Shown here piece by piece: positions 18,658 to 28,498 of a stretch of DNA of 64,000 nucleotides. The notes under the pieces are model-generated. The model did no database searches. It was not told the origin of the DNA and saw only the letters and a list, made by a program, of their open reading frames with translations. A program made the translations under genes and the position numbers. The stretch lies in the IMG/VR virus record IMGVR_UViG_3300020281_000010. One strand, 5' to 3'. Source of the stretch: a virus. Every line of letters starts with the position of its first letter. Positions within the stretch are counted from its first letter, which is position 1.

Positions 18658-20025
18658 ATGTTCAAATCCGAGCATCTGCAGGAGAAGTGGTCACCCGTTC
18701 TTAATTGTGAGGGTCTTGATTCCATCAAGGACAACTACAAAAAGGCGGTCACCGCAATCCTGCTCGAAAACCAAGAATCATTCCTGAAGGAAGAAAGAGG
18801 CATCCTCACCGAGGCAGCACCTACTAACTCTACAGGTTCTTCAAGCAGTGCAGCAGGTTTCTCTGCTGACGCTACAGCAACTGGTCCTGTTGCAGGTTTC
18901 GACCCTGTTCTGATCTCCTTGATCAGACGTTCAATGCCTAAGCTTATTGCTTATGACATTGCAGGCGTTCAACCTATGACTGGTCCTACTGGTCTGATCT
19001 TCGCAATGAGATCTAGATACGGTACTGACAGAGCATCTGGTACAGAAGCATTCTTCAACGAAGCAGATTCACAATTCACAGGTACTGACGCCGCAGGTAC
19101 TAGCGGTTTCGGTTCTGCAGGTTCTGCTCAGGCAGGATCAAACCCAGGTCTTCTTAATGACTCTGGTACATACACCAACGGTACAGGAATGAGAACTGAT
19201 GAGTCTGAGACTCTCGGTACTGGTTCTAATGCCTTCGCTGAAATGAACTTCAGCATTGAGAAAGTTACTGTGACTGCGAAGTCCAGAGCACTCAAGGCAG
19301 AGTACAGTTTGGAACTTGCTCAAGATCTTAAGGCAGTTCACGGTCTGGACGCTGAATCTGAGTTGGCAAACATCTTGTCTACTGAGGTTCTTGCTGAGAT
19401 CAACCGTGAAGTTGTTAGAACTGTGTACAAGGTTGCAAGACCTGGTTCTCAGTCAAACACAGCAACTGCAGGTATCTTCGATCTTGACGTTGACTCCAAT
19501 GGTAGATGGTCTGTTGAGAAGTTCAAAGGTCTTCTCTTCAACATCGAAAGAGATATGAATGCCATCGGGCACGAGACAAGACGCGGTAAGGGTAACATCC
19601 TGATCTGTTCTGCTGACGTTGCATCTGCATTGTCAATGGCAGGCGTTCTTGACTACACACCCGCACTTTCAGGCAACAGCAACCTTCTTCCTGACGATAA
19701 CAGCAGCACCCTTGCAGGTACTCTTAACGGTAGAATCAAGGTTTACGTTGATCCTTACTCTGCTAACGTTAGTGACAGACACTTCTACGTTGCAGGTTAC
19801 AAAGGTAGTTCTGCATATGATGCAGGTCTGTTCTACTGTCCTTATGTTCCTCTCCAAATGGTTAGAGCCGTTGGTCAGGACACCTTCCAACCAAAAATTG
19901 GATTTAAGACAAGATACGGTCTTGTTGCAAACCCATTTGCTGAAGGTACAACTCAGGGTAGTGGCGCTCTTACTGCTAACGCTAACCGTTACTACAGACG
20001 TAGTTTGGTTGACAACCTTATGTAA
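18658..20025 (+). CDS. gp23: Major capsid protein
   Basis: LIRRSMPKLIAYDIAGVQPMTGPTGLIFAM, RALKAEYSLELAQDLKAVHGLDAE, QPKIGFKTRYG. Confidence 0.98.
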   Translation: MFKSEHLQEKWSPVLNCEGLDSIKDNYKKAVTAILLENQESFLKEERGILTEAAPTNSTGSSSSAAGFSADATATGPVAGFDPVLISLIRRSMPKLIAYDIAGVQPMTGPTGLIFAMRSRYGTDRASGTEAFFNEADSQFTGTDAAGTSGFGSAGSAQAGSNPGLLNDSGTYTNGTGMRTDESETLGTGSNAFAEMNFSIEKVTVTAKSRALKAEYSLELAQDLKAVHGLDAESELANILSTEVLAEINREVVRTVYKVARPGSQSNTATAGIFDLDVDSNGRWSVEKFKGLLFNIERDMNAIGHETRRGKGNILICSADVASALSMAGVLDYTPALSGNSNLLPDDNSSTLAGTLNGRIKVYVDPYSANVSDRHFYVAGYKGSSAYDAGLFYCPYVPLQMVRAVGQDTFQPKIGFKTRYGLVANPFAEGTTQGSGALTANANRYYRRSLVDNLM

Positions 20026-20052
20026 GCAATCGCTTATATTCAAACAACAAAA

Positions 20053-20076
20053 GGGACCCTTCGGGGTCCTTTTTTT
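20053..20076 (+). terminator. Rho-independent terminator after gp23
   Basis: GGGACCC-UUCG-GGGUCCU hairpin followed by a U-tract. Confidence 0.88.
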
Positions 20077-20109
20077 ATTAAATACTGTATAATTAAGATA
20101 CACTATCAT

Positions 20110-20277
20110 ATGTCAGGACGTAACTACGTGACTAAAGATGAGATGAACGTCAAAGTTCTAAAACTAAAAACCGAACTCTTCAACGGAACCTATCACGGAG
20201 CATCTAAAGACTGGGAGGATGGTGCACACTTTATGCTTAATCGTGTTCTCCATTTACTCCAAGAGTATCGTGCATAA
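20110..20277 (+). CDS. 55-aa hypothetical protein (not in ORF track)
   Basis: MSGRNYVTKDEMNVKVLKLKTELFNGTYHGASKDWEDGAHFMLNRVLHLLQEYRA. Confidence 0.6.
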   Translation: MSGRNYVTKDEMNVKVLKLKTELFNGTYHGASKDWEDGAHFMLNRVLHLLQEYRA

Positions 20278-20280
20278 ATA
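20273..20280 (+). promoter_or_regulatory. Late promoter (CATAAATA) for gp3
   Basis: NATAAATA upstream of gp3. Confidence 0.65.
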
Positions 20281-20308
20281 AAAATGGCGAAACACCACAA
20301 GATAGATA

Positions 20309-20872
20309 ATGTCTTTTCAAACGCAAATAAGCAACAGGAATTTCCTCTCACCAGGTGGGTTTCGCTTTACACTTGCTAAGTATCCTAAGGTTAGTTACTT
20401 AACGCAAATGGCAAACATACCAAACATCTCTTTAAGTTTGGTAGAACAACCTACTCCATACAGAGATACCTACATTGAGGGTACTCTGGACTACGGTCGT
20501 TTCAATCTACAGTTTCTTGTAGATGAAGATATGGAGAACTATCTGATCCTACATAACTGGATGCGTGGTCTCGGTGTTCCCGAAACCTTTGGCGAACGTC
20601 AAGAGTTCATTGATTCAAACGAATCAGTCAATACCGCAAAAGCATTAGGAGAAGATCTAATCTTCGCAGACGGTACACTGACTGTCTTGAATTCTAATTT
20701 CCAACCAATATACAATGTTCTCTTCAAGAACTTGAAACCTGTAGAACTTAGCACATTAGAATTTGATGGCACTCTCAGTGACCAAGAATATTTCCAAGCA
20801 ATAGCATCATTTGATTACCTATCATATGAGATCCAAAGTCTCTCTGGTGATAGGAAGAAAAACTTAAAGTAA
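20309..20872 (+). CDS. gp3: Tail tube terminator / tail completion protein
   Basis: NRNFLSPGGFRFTL, FLVDEDMENY...HNWM motifs. Confidence 0.88.
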   Translation: MSFQTQISNRNFLSPGGFRFTLAKYPKVSYLTQMANIPNISLSLVEQPTPYRDTYIEGTLDYGRFNLQFLVDEDMENYLILHNWMRGLGVPETFGERQEFIDSNESVNTAKALGEDLIFADGTLTVLNSNFQPIYNVLFKNLKPVELSTLEFDGTLSDQEYFQAIASFDYLSYEIQSLSGDRKKNLK

Positions 20873-20875
20873 ATT

Positions 20876-21298
20876 ATGGCACTACTTGAAGAGTTGCAGG
20901 AGTCCTGGTCTAAGGACTCTATTTTTAATGAGGCAGATTTGGGCAACGAGTCATTAATTATACCAAGTCTACATCAAAAGTATCACATCTACTACAACAA
21001 ATACAAACTAATCCTTGAGGATGAGAAACTCAAACTCAAGAGGATTTACCGTGAGCAGTGGTTATGGTATAGCGGTAAGAAGACAGATGATAAGGGACAG
21101 GTCTTTGACCTTAAGGTACTCAAGGGAGATCTAAACACCTTCCTAGATTCTGATGAAGAGATTCAGAAGCAATCACTCAGGGTAACTTATTTTGAAACCT
21201 GTATAAATTATATTGAGAACATCTTAAAGATGATTAACAATCGCGGATTCCAAGTGAAGAATGCGATTGATGCAAAGCGGTTTGAATTCCCTGTCTAA
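20876..21298 (+). CDS. uvsY: Recombination mediator
   Basis: WSKDSIFN...IPSLHQKY...RGFQVKNAID; upstream of uvsW. Confidence 0.85.
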   Translation: MALLEELQESWSKDSIFNEADLGNESLIIPSLHQKYHIYYNKYKLILEDEKLKLKRIYREQWLWYSGKKTDDKGQVFDLKVLKGDLNTFLDSDEEIQKQSLRVTYFETCINYIENILKMINNRGFQVKNAIDAKRFEFPV

Positions 21299-22758
21299 TG
21301 GTAACCATTGAAAAGAAGAATGAAGCGTTCCTGAAAATCAGGGCGGAACTCAGTGTACATAAGGAGTTATCTGACTACTTTACATTTGAGGTCCCTGATG
21401 CAAAGTTCCTTAAAACCCAAAAGAGATACAAGTATTGGGATGGAAGAATCCGTCTTTACTCTCCTGGGACTGGGGAACTACCTTTAGGTCTCTTTCATTA
21501 TCTTGAAGAATGGTTACAGAAAAAGCAATACGAATATAAAATAGAAGACAACAAATATTGTGGTATCCCAGGTGAAGTCAACACACTTATCACACCCGAG
21601 GCAGTTAATGGTTTTGTTAGATCTCTGGGTACTCCTTTCAAGGCGAGAGATTACCAACTCCAAAGTGTTTATTCAGCACTTCGGCACAACCGTAGATTAC
21701 TACTCTCTCCCACTGGATCTGGAAAATCTTTCATAATCTATTGTCTTCTCAGGTGGCACCTGCAGTACAAGAGAGAGATATTGATTATTGTACCCACAAC
21801 CTCACTGGTTGAACAACTTTATAAGGACATTGAACAGTATGGATTCTACGCTCGCGACACCATTTACAAGATCTACGGAGGAAGAGAACGTTATACAGAG
21901 AGTCCTGTCGTCATATCTACGTGGCAATCTATCTACAAGGAGTCTAAAAATTACTTTAATAGGTTTGATGTTGTTATCGGCGATGAAGCGCACCTCTACA
22001 AAGCAAAGTCGCTAACAGGAATCCTCAACAAATGCCACAATGCCAAGTACAGAATTGGATTGACTGGCACCCTTGACGGTATGCAGTGTCATCAACTGCA
22101 ACTGGAAGGTATGTTTGGCAAGGTAAATAATGCTATACGCACAAAGGATCTGCAGAAGAAAGGTCATCTGACTGAACTGAAGATAAACATCCTGCTGTGT
22201 AAACATAATTATACTCGCTTCGCTGACTATCAAGATGAGATTAATTATATCATAACTCACGAGAAAAGAAATAAAATTATTACTGGTCTTGCGCGAGACT
22301 TACCTGGGAATACACTGATTCTATTCAACTACGTGGAGAAGCACGGAGAACCTCTTTACGAAATGATAAATAGTAAAGGAGGAGACAAACGTATCTTCTT
22401 TATACACGGAAAAGTTCCGACTGACGAACGAGAAGAAGCACGCCAGATTTGTGAGAACACAGACAATGCAATCATCCTTGCATCGTACGGGACGTTCTCA
22501 ACTGGTATCAATATAAAAAACTTACATAATGTAATATTTGCATCTCCATCAAAGTCTAGGATTCGCAATCTTCAGTCTATTGGTAGAGCATTACGGAAGC
22601 ACGACTCGAAAGGTCAAGCAACCCTATATGATTTTGCTGATGATATAAGCAATGGTCATTTTAATAATGCAACTTTGAACCATTTAGTTGAACGTATTCG
22701 TACTTACAAGGATGAGAAGTTCGACTATTCAATCACAAAGATCAAACTAGGAGAATAG
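21298..22758 (+). CDS. uvsW: SF2 DNA helicase
   Basis: LSPTGSGKS, IGDEAH, GLTGT, SRIRNLQSIGRALR. Confidence 0.95.
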   Translation: MVTIEKKNEAFLKIRAELSVHKELSDYFTFEVPDAKFLKTQKRYKYWDGRIRLYSPGTGELPLGLFHYLEEWLQKKQYEYKIEDNKYCGIPGEVNTLITPEAVNGFVRSLGTPFKARDYQLQSVYSALRHNRRLLLSPTGSGKSFIIYCLLRWHLQYKREILIIVPTTSLVEQLYKDIEQYGFYARDTIYKIYGGRERYTESPVVISTWQSIYKESKNYFNRFDVVIGDEAHLYKAKSLTGILNKCHNAKYRIGLTGTLDGMQCHQLQLEGMFGKVNNAIRTKDLQKKGHLTELKINILLCKHNYTRFADYQDEINYIITHEKRNKIITGLARDLPGNTLILFNYVEKHGEPLYEMINSKGGDKRIFFIHGKVPTDEREEARQICENTDNAIILASYGTFSTGINIKNLHNVIFASPSKSRIRNLQSIGRALRKHDSKGQATLYDFADDISNGHFNNATLNHLVERIRTYKDEKFDYSITKIKLGE

Positions 22759-22759
22759 T

Positions 22760-23203
22760 ATGTCTCTAAATTACATCAAACCAGACGAGGAATTCTTTGG
22801 ATGTATGAAACTTACATCTGGAGAGGAACTGCTTGGACGTATTGTTGTTGTGGAAGAGCATAAAGGTTTCTACTGTGCTTTCATTCAAGACCCCGCCAAG
22901 GTGCATTCTCAGGATAAAATTATCGACGACAAGCGGGCGGTGGCAGTAGGTCTCAAGAGATGGATGGTTTTCTCTGATGAAGATTTCTTTATCATTCCTG
23001 AAGAGAGAATCATAACGATCGCGCCGATGTCGCAGGACGCGGTAATGATGTATAAGTTTTTCGTTAAGCAAGAATTAAAAAGATCACCCAACCCCGACAA
23101 TATCCCTGATTCGAGTATTGAACTCACTCAAGAAATGGGACTGCTCGGTACATTAGAAGAAGCAAGAAAAAGACTTGAACAACTGTTTAATGGTAATAGC
23201 TAA
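22760..23203 (+). CDS. Hypothetical protein (possible Sm-like fold)
   Basis: MKLTSGEELLG motif; conserved position between uvsW and gp55. Confidence 0.65.
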   Translation: MSLNYIKPDEEFFGCMKLTSGEELLGRIVVVEEHKGFYCAFIQDPAKVHSQDKIIDDKRAVAVGLKRWMVFSDEDFFIIPEERIITIAPMSQDAVMMYKFFVKQELKRSPNPDNIPDSSIELTQEMGLLGTLEEARKRLEQLFNGNS

Positions 23204-23232
23204 GAATATCCTTTGCAACCCTGACAGTGTTG

Positions 23233-23261
23233 ATCATAATTGTTTCAGAGGGTGTTGTCAA
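23233..23261 (-). promoter_or_regulatory. Antisense sigma70-like promoter
   Basis: Minus strand reads TTGACA-N17-TATGAT. Confidence 0.65.
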
Positions 23262-23276
23262 GGGTATCAATATCCA

Positions 23277-23305
23277 TTGACGAAAACCCTGTTGTCTGTT
23301 ATGAT
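23277..23305 (+). promoter_or_regulatory. sigma70-like promoter for gp55
   Basis: TTGACG-N17-TATGAT. Confidence 0.75.
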
Positions 23306-23328
23306 TTCAATATGAATTAAACCTACCG

Positions 23329-23811
23329 ATGGCATTAATGGCAGCACGGAGAACTAAAAATCAGCACTATGTAGATAACCAGAAGTTCCTTGCTGCTATC
23401 GTGGATTATCGTGACCGTGTAGAGATTGCTAAAGTTCGTAATAAACCCAAACCTAGGATCAATGAATACATTGGAGAGTGTTTCCTAAAGATCGCAACCC
23501 ACCTTTCATATAGACCTAACTTCATCAACTATATGTACAAGGAGGATATGATCAGTGATGGCATTGAGAATTGTGTTCAGTATATTGACAATTTCGATCC
23601 TGCTAAAAGCAGGAATCCTTTTGCATATTTTACTCAAATCGTTTACTATGCATTCCTAAGAAGGATTGCTAAAGAGAAGAGACAGATGGATATTAAAGAT
23701 AAGATTATTGAGAAGTCAGGTTTTGATCAGGTCTTCCACTCTGATGGTGATGGAGATACTGCACAACTGAATAGTATCAAGTCCCGTATTGAGATGAACA
23801 ATCGTTACTAA
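23329..23811 (+). CDS. gp55: Late-transcription sigma factor
   Basis: HYVDNQKF, YRPNFINY, MISDGIENC, NPFAYFTQI. Confidence 0.96.
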   Translation: MALMAARRTKNQHYVDNQKFLAAIVDYRDRVEIAKVRNKPKPRINEYIGECFLKIATHLSYRPNFINYMYKEDMISDGIENCVQYIDNFDPAKSRNPFAYFTQIVYYAFLRRIAKEKRQMDIKDKIIEKSGFDQVFHSDGDGDTAQLNSIKSRIEMNNRY

Positions 23812-24482
23812 TGATTATCGATCAACTTGCATCTGTCATTCGCTTTGCGATTGAAGATCTAGATGCTGTACAAGTTGAAACAGATTATGAAGAAATTATC
23901 AAAGATGATCTTGTCATAAAGAATGAGATCTACAAGTGTGAAGGTCTTCGTAAGTTACACCTTGAAATAGCAAAGACAGATAAACTAGATGTACTCCACT
24001 GTGTATTCTTCCCAGACTTCGAGTACCCTATACCTATTTTTGGTGCAGACATTATTGCAACTAGGAATACAGTCACTGCTGCTATTGTAGATGTTTCTCC
24101 TGTACATAATACTGGTAACATTTACTACAGTATAGCACCACTAGCAAACTCATATCATTTTACGCACAAGAGACCACTACCACTATGGGGTGAGATCTTC
24201 TCTCCATTCTGTAAGTTTCAGAGATTACATCTTCAGAATGAGCAACAGGATTTTATTAACTTGGTCAATAACATTCTTCTGATATATTGTGACTGGGTGA
24301 AGAGATCTAAAAAGGATGACAAGTGGGTGAATAATATGTTAAGATTGGATGACCAGATCTGGTACTGTAAATCCCAGAAACAAAACAAGAAGACTCTTGC
24401 AGTTCTGACCCAATGGTTTGGTAAAGAGTTTGCAGAGAAATACATCGATAAGATGCTCTTCGATACACCTAGACTCAAATGA
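23811..24482 (+). CDS. pcyA: Phycocyanobilin:ferredoxin oxidoreductase
   Basis: LRKLHLEIA (Glu76 equivalent), VLHCVFFP (His88), IFGADII (Asp105), LPLWGEIFSPFC. Confidence 0.85.
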   Translation: MIIDQLASVIRFAIEDLDAVQVETDYEEIIKDDLVIKNEIYKCEGLRKLHLEIAKTDKLDVLHCVFFPDFEYPIPIFGADIIATRNTVTAAIVDVSPVHNTGNIYYSIAPLANSYHFTHKRPLPLWGEIFSPFCKFQRLHLQNEQQDFINLVNNILLIYCDWVKRSKKDDKWVNNMLRLDDQIWYCKSQKQNKKTLAVLTQWFGKEFAEKYIDKMLFDTPRLK

Positions 24483-24673
24483 ATCTATCTTTTGATGATG
24501 AAGAACTTCAGTGTCTTCGCGTCTGTGTAGGCAATGCACCTGCACCTTACAACATTACTAAGAAGGAGATTCTTAAACGTGTTGTAGAAAAGGTTGGAGA
24601 ACCAATCAAAGAACACCACGAAGGTCTCACACTTGCAGAATACGATCTAACACCCTATGGAATTGACCCCTGA
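24479..24673 (+). CDS. Hypothetical protein
   Basis: ORF track; coupled overlaps with neighbours. Confidence 0.55.
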   Translation: MNLSFDDEELQCLRVCVGNAPAPYNITKKEILKRVVEKVGEPIKEHHEGLTLAEYDLTPYGIDP

Positions 24674-24884
24674 AATTATTGAAAAGATCCAAGAGGCAAT
24701 GCGTCACACAAAAAAGGATGGCACTGTCAACTGGAAGGATGGAGATGAGATTGAGGTAAATCTAGCAGGTACATTTGCTGCTGATAGATTCATTGTGATT
24801 AAGAACAAAACAAAAGATCCAGTAATCTCTGCTCAACCTCATCCTGACTATGATTATGAAAAGAAGGAGTGGAAGAAAAAATGA
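24657..24884 (+). CDS. Hypothetical protein
   Basis: HTKKDGTVNWKDGDEIEVNLAGTFAADRFIVIKN. Confidence 0.65.
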   Translation: MELTPEIIEKIQEAMRHTKKDGTVNWKDGDEIEVNLAGTFAADRFIVIKNKTKDPVISAQPHPDYDYEKKEWKKK

Positions 24885-25927
24885 AGGTTCTCTTGATTAC
24901 TGATCAACACTTCGGTGTTCGTAATGATCATCCTGTCTTCCTAGAGAAGTACAGAGAGTTCTATACGAATACTGTAATTCCTTATATTAAGAAGCATAAA
25001 ATCAAGCAAGTATTTTGTCTTGGTGATACATTCGACAAACGTAAGTCTATCAACTTTGCATCTCTAGATGCTGCAAAGGAGATGTGGTTTGACCCGCTCA
25101 AAGAGATGGGTGTACAGATGGTTATGCTTATCGGTAATCACGACATCTATTATAAGAATACTCTACGTGTGAATGCACCCAATCATCTACTGGGTGAGTA
25201 TGATAATGTTACTGTCATTGAGACACCAACAGAACTGACGTTTGATGATAAGAAAATTCTATTCCTACCTTGGATCTGTCCTGACAATAAGGACACTAGT
25301 GATGCAATCATCGATAACTCTAAGGCAGACATTGTTCTTGGACACTTAGAACTCAATGGATTTGAAGCAGTTCCAGGGCACGTGATGGAACACGGTGAGG
25401 ATCCTGCAAGGTATGAGAGGTTCCCTCTAGTCTGTACTGGTCACTATCATATGAAATCTAGGAGAGGTAATATTCAATACCTCGGTAATCCGTACCAACT
25501 CTACTGGAATGATTACGGTCAGAAGCGTGGGTTTCATATCCTAAATACTGATACATTAAAGTTAACGTTTGTTAAAAATCCATACGACATATTCTGCAAA
25601 TTATATTATGACGATTCTAGAAATGATTACGATGATATTCCAGACTTGTCTCCACTCAAAGGAGCATTCGTCAAACTAATCGTTCAGAATCGATCTAATC
25701 AAAAGTGGTTTGATCGTATGATTAAAGCAATTCAACAGGCAGATGTAGCAGATCTAAAAATTATTGAGGATCTGACACTAGATGCACCCGAGGTTAATGA
25801 AGACGTGAAGATGGAAGATACGATGAGTATCTTAGAGACTTACGTTATGGACTTGGAAGAATCTGTTGATAAGAAAAACGTCGTTAACATTCTGAAGTCC
25901 TTATACGTGGAGTCTCTCAACCTATAA
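24881..25927 (+). CDS. gp47: Recombination nuclease subunit (Mre11/SbcD-like)
   Basis: ITDQHFG, LGDTFD, GNHD, GHLE, GHYH phosphoesterase motifs. Confidence 0.95.
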   Translation: MKVLLITDQHFGVRNDHPVFLEKYREFYTNTVIPYIKKHKIKQVFCLGDTFDKRKSINFASLDAAKEMWFDPLKEMGVQMVMLIGNHDIYYKNTLRVNAPNHLLGEYDNVTVIETPTELTFDDKKILFLPWICPDNKDTSDAIIDNSKADIVLGHLELNGFEAVPGHVMEHGEDPARYERFPLVCTGHYHMKSRRGNIQYLGNPYQLYWNDYGQKRGFHILNTDTLKLTFVKNPYDIFCKLYYDDSRNDYDDIPDLSPLKGAFVKLIVQNRSNQKWFDRMIKAIQQADVADLKIIEDLTLDAPEVNEDVKMEDTMSILETYVMDLEESVDKKNVVNILKSLYVESLNL

Positions 25928-26199
25928 TGTTCATTCTCACAGACGAAAAAACTGGCGGTGTGTATGCTGTAACTCCTAAAGGGAAAGAGAATCCTAAGGG
26001 TCCAAAAGCAGTGCAGATCTTTGTTGACAAGGATGATGCAGTACGTTATAATTTAATGCTAGAGGCAAACGATTATGCCCGTAAGTTAGATGTGCTTGAG
26101 GTTGACTTCGATCTCGTGGTACAGAACTGTCTTGCACATCGTTATGACTATGTTATTGTAAAACCAAATCAGGTAGTGGTACCACCCGAAGACGATTAA
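25927..26199 (+). CDS. Hypothetical protein
   Basis: TAATG coupling; located between gp47 and gp46. Confidence 0.65.
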   Translation: MFILTDEKTGGVYAVTPKGKENPKGPKAVQIFVDKDDAVRYNLMLEANDYARKLDVLEVDFDLVVQNCLAHRYDYVIVKPNQVVVPPEDD

Positions 26200-26201
26200 C
26201 T

Positions 26202-27920
26202 ATGATTGTATTTGAGAAACTTCGATGGCGAAATTTTTTATCAACTGGAAATAATTTTACTGAACTAGATCTCATCGATACTTCCTCAACTCTTGTTGTT
26301 GGTCCTAACGGTGCAGGTAAGTCAACGATGTTGGATGCCCTGTGTTTTGGATTGTTCAATAGACCTTTTCGTAAGGTGTCCAAATCACAGTTGGTAAATA
26401 CTATCAACGAAAGAGATACCCTCGTTGAGATAGACTTTAGTATTGGATCTGTTTCGTACAAAGTCGTACGAGGGATGAAACCTAATGTATTTGAGATTTG
26501 GAGAAATGGTTCCCTCGTGGATCAAGACGCTGCCAATCGAGACTATCAAAAATACCTTGAACAATCAATACTTAAACTTAACTTCAAGTCTTTCACTCAA
26601 GTTGTTATACTTGGAAGTTCAACTTTTGTTCCTTTTATGCAGTTGTCTGCACCGCATCGAAGGGAGGTTATCGAAGATCTACTGGACATTCAGATCTTCT
26701 CGCAAATGAATATGCTCCTCAAGGAGCGGATGAAAGATAATAGAGAACAACTGAAAGAGTGTGAACATCAGTTGCAACTTGCAGAACAAGCAATCAACGC
26801 TCAAAAGAAAACTGTTGATAAGTTGTCAGCAGTAAATGATGAGCGTATTACTAGACAGCAAGAAAAATTCAAAGAGAATGAAGATAGAATGATGGAGATC
26901 AAAGGAGAGATCTCTCTCATTGAAACTCGTGTGGTCGGACTCAAGTCTATGCAAGAGGAGTTGCTGAAGCACGAAGGTATGCTGATGAAGCAAAATAAAA
27001 TCAAATCTAAACTGGAAGACAAAGGTAAGAAGTCTCTCAAAGATAAAGCATTCTTTGAAAAGAATACAACCTGTCCTACCTGCTCTCAGGACATTGAAGA
27101 ATCATTTAGAAATATGAAGGTTTCTATCTATTCAGAGAAATACGAAGAGATGCGTAAGGCAGTGTCTGAACTTGACACACAGATTGCAGATACTATGTCA
27201 CTTTGTACAAGCATTCGGAAAGAGACAGATCAACTCACTGAAGATCAATTTGAGATCCGCCGTTTGTATAACGAAGAAAAGAATTTGATGAAGGAGAACA
27301 GTGAGATCTTATCTCACGTTCAACGTCTAAATACATTGCCTGACATCAAGAAGGAGAGAGATCAACTAGTTGTACTCCAACAAACTTATGACGAGAAGGA
27401 AGAATCTTGTTCTAAAGTTACAAAGGAAACCTTGGATTACAAACTGGTTGGTAACCTCCTCAAGGACGGTGGTATCAAGGCAAAGATTATCTCAAAATAT
27501 ATTCCTATCATCAACCAAAGGATCAATAAGTACCTAGGTGATATGGATACCTTCGTGAATTTTACCCTTGACGAAGAGTTCAGTGAGGTGATAAAGTCTC
27601 GACATCGCGACAAGTTCTCCTATGCCTCATTCTCTGAAGGCGAAAAGCAGAAGATTGATCTGTCACTCCTATTCACTTGGAGATACGTTGCGAAACTAAA
27701 AAACTCTGTTGCCACTAATCTCCTCATCCTAGATGAGGTATTTGATTCATCACTAGATAATCAAGCAACTGATGAACTCTTAAAAATTCTTAAGAGTCTA
27801 GGTAGTGAAACAAACTTCTTTGTTATCTCACATAAAGGTGAGGTTCTTCAAGATAAGTTTGAAAAACAAATCCGTTTTGAAAAGATCAACGGTTTTAGTA
27901 AATCATTCAGTTACGAATAA
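26202..27920 (+). CDS. gp46: Recombination ATPase (Rad50/SbcC-like)
   Basis: GPNGAGKST, CPTC zinc hook, FSEGEK signature, LILDEVFD. Confidence 0.96.
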   Translation: MIVFEKLRWRNFLSTGNNFTELDLIDTSSTLVVGPNGAGKSTMLDALCFGLFNRPFRKVSKSQLVNTINERDTLVEIDFSIGSVSYKVVRGMKPNVFEIWRNGSLVDQDAANRDYQKYLEQSILKLNFKSFTQVVILGSSTFVPFMQLSAPHRREVIEDLLDIQIFSQMNMLLKERMKDNREQLKECEHQLQLAEQAINAQKKTVDKLSAVNDERITRQQEKFKENEDRMMEIKGEISLIETRVVGLKSMQEELLKHEGMLMKQNKIKSKLEDKGKKSLKDKAFFEKNTTCPTCSQDIEESFRNMKVSIYSEKYEEMRKAVSELDTQIADTMSLCTSIRKETDQLTEDQFEIRRLYNEEKNLMKENSEILSHVQRLNTLPDIKKERDQLVVLQQTYDEKEESCSKVTKETLDYKLVGNLLKDGGIKAKIISKYIPIINQRINKYLGDMDTFVNFTLDEEFSEVIKSRHRDKFSYASFSEGEKQKIDLSLLFTWRYVAKLKNSVATNLLILDEVFDSSLDNQATDELLKILKSLGSETNFFVISHKGEVLQDKFEKQIRFEKINGFSKSFSYE

Positions 27921-28498
27921 TGTTTAGTCATCCATTTTTTACTAGTAACAATGGGTATGCCAAGCACGATGAGTTGAAGTTTGATCTTCTAGAAAATCGT
28001 GACAAGATCTGTCAAGATTACAATATTTTCTATGGCACTGGGTACTCAACTGTTCATACTAACCCTGAATATCATCTATTGTATCCAGACTTTGCAGATT
28101 GGGTACTCCAGAATATTCACCCTTTTGATGAAGAACTCCAGATTGAGCAGATGTGGGTCAACGTCAATCCTAAAGGTGGGTTCCAAATGCGTCACAACCA
28201 CGCAGATGCAGATATGGCAGGGACTTACTATGTCAAGGTACCACCAGGCGACACTGGAGACATATATTTCTATCATCCCAACCATACTGTCGAAACGTTA
28301 AATAGAATACAACCTTATTGGGCATACACACATTGTCAGATCCCAAGAGAGCGTGATCTATACTTCTGGCCAGGTTATAATGACCACGAAGTCAGGCAAA
28401 ATTATGAGAACCAAGAACGATGGTCAATCAGTTTTACTTTGAAAATACCCCAGAAAGTCCGAGAAGTAAGATTTCCAAATTTACCCAAGACTTCCTAA
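27920..28498 (+). CDS. 2OG-Fe(II) oxygenase (TIGR02466-like)
   Basis: WVNVN...RHNH...AGTYY...FWPGYNDHEV...RWSISF. Confidence 0.8.
   Translation: MFSHPFFTSNNGYAKHDELKFDLLENRDKICQDYNIFYGTGYSTVHTNPEYHLLYPDFADWVLQNIHPFDEELQIEQMWVNVNPKGGFQMRHNHADADMAGTYYVKVPPGDTGDIYFYHPNHTVETLNRIQPYWAYTHCQIPRERDLYFWPGYNDHEVRQNYENQERWSISFTLKIPQKVREVRFPNLPKTS

Noticed and set aside
19619-20109. Alternative-frame ORFs (157 aa +, 146 aa -) over the 3' end of gp23
   Set aside because: They overlap the major capsid gene and cross its terminator; no recognisable features
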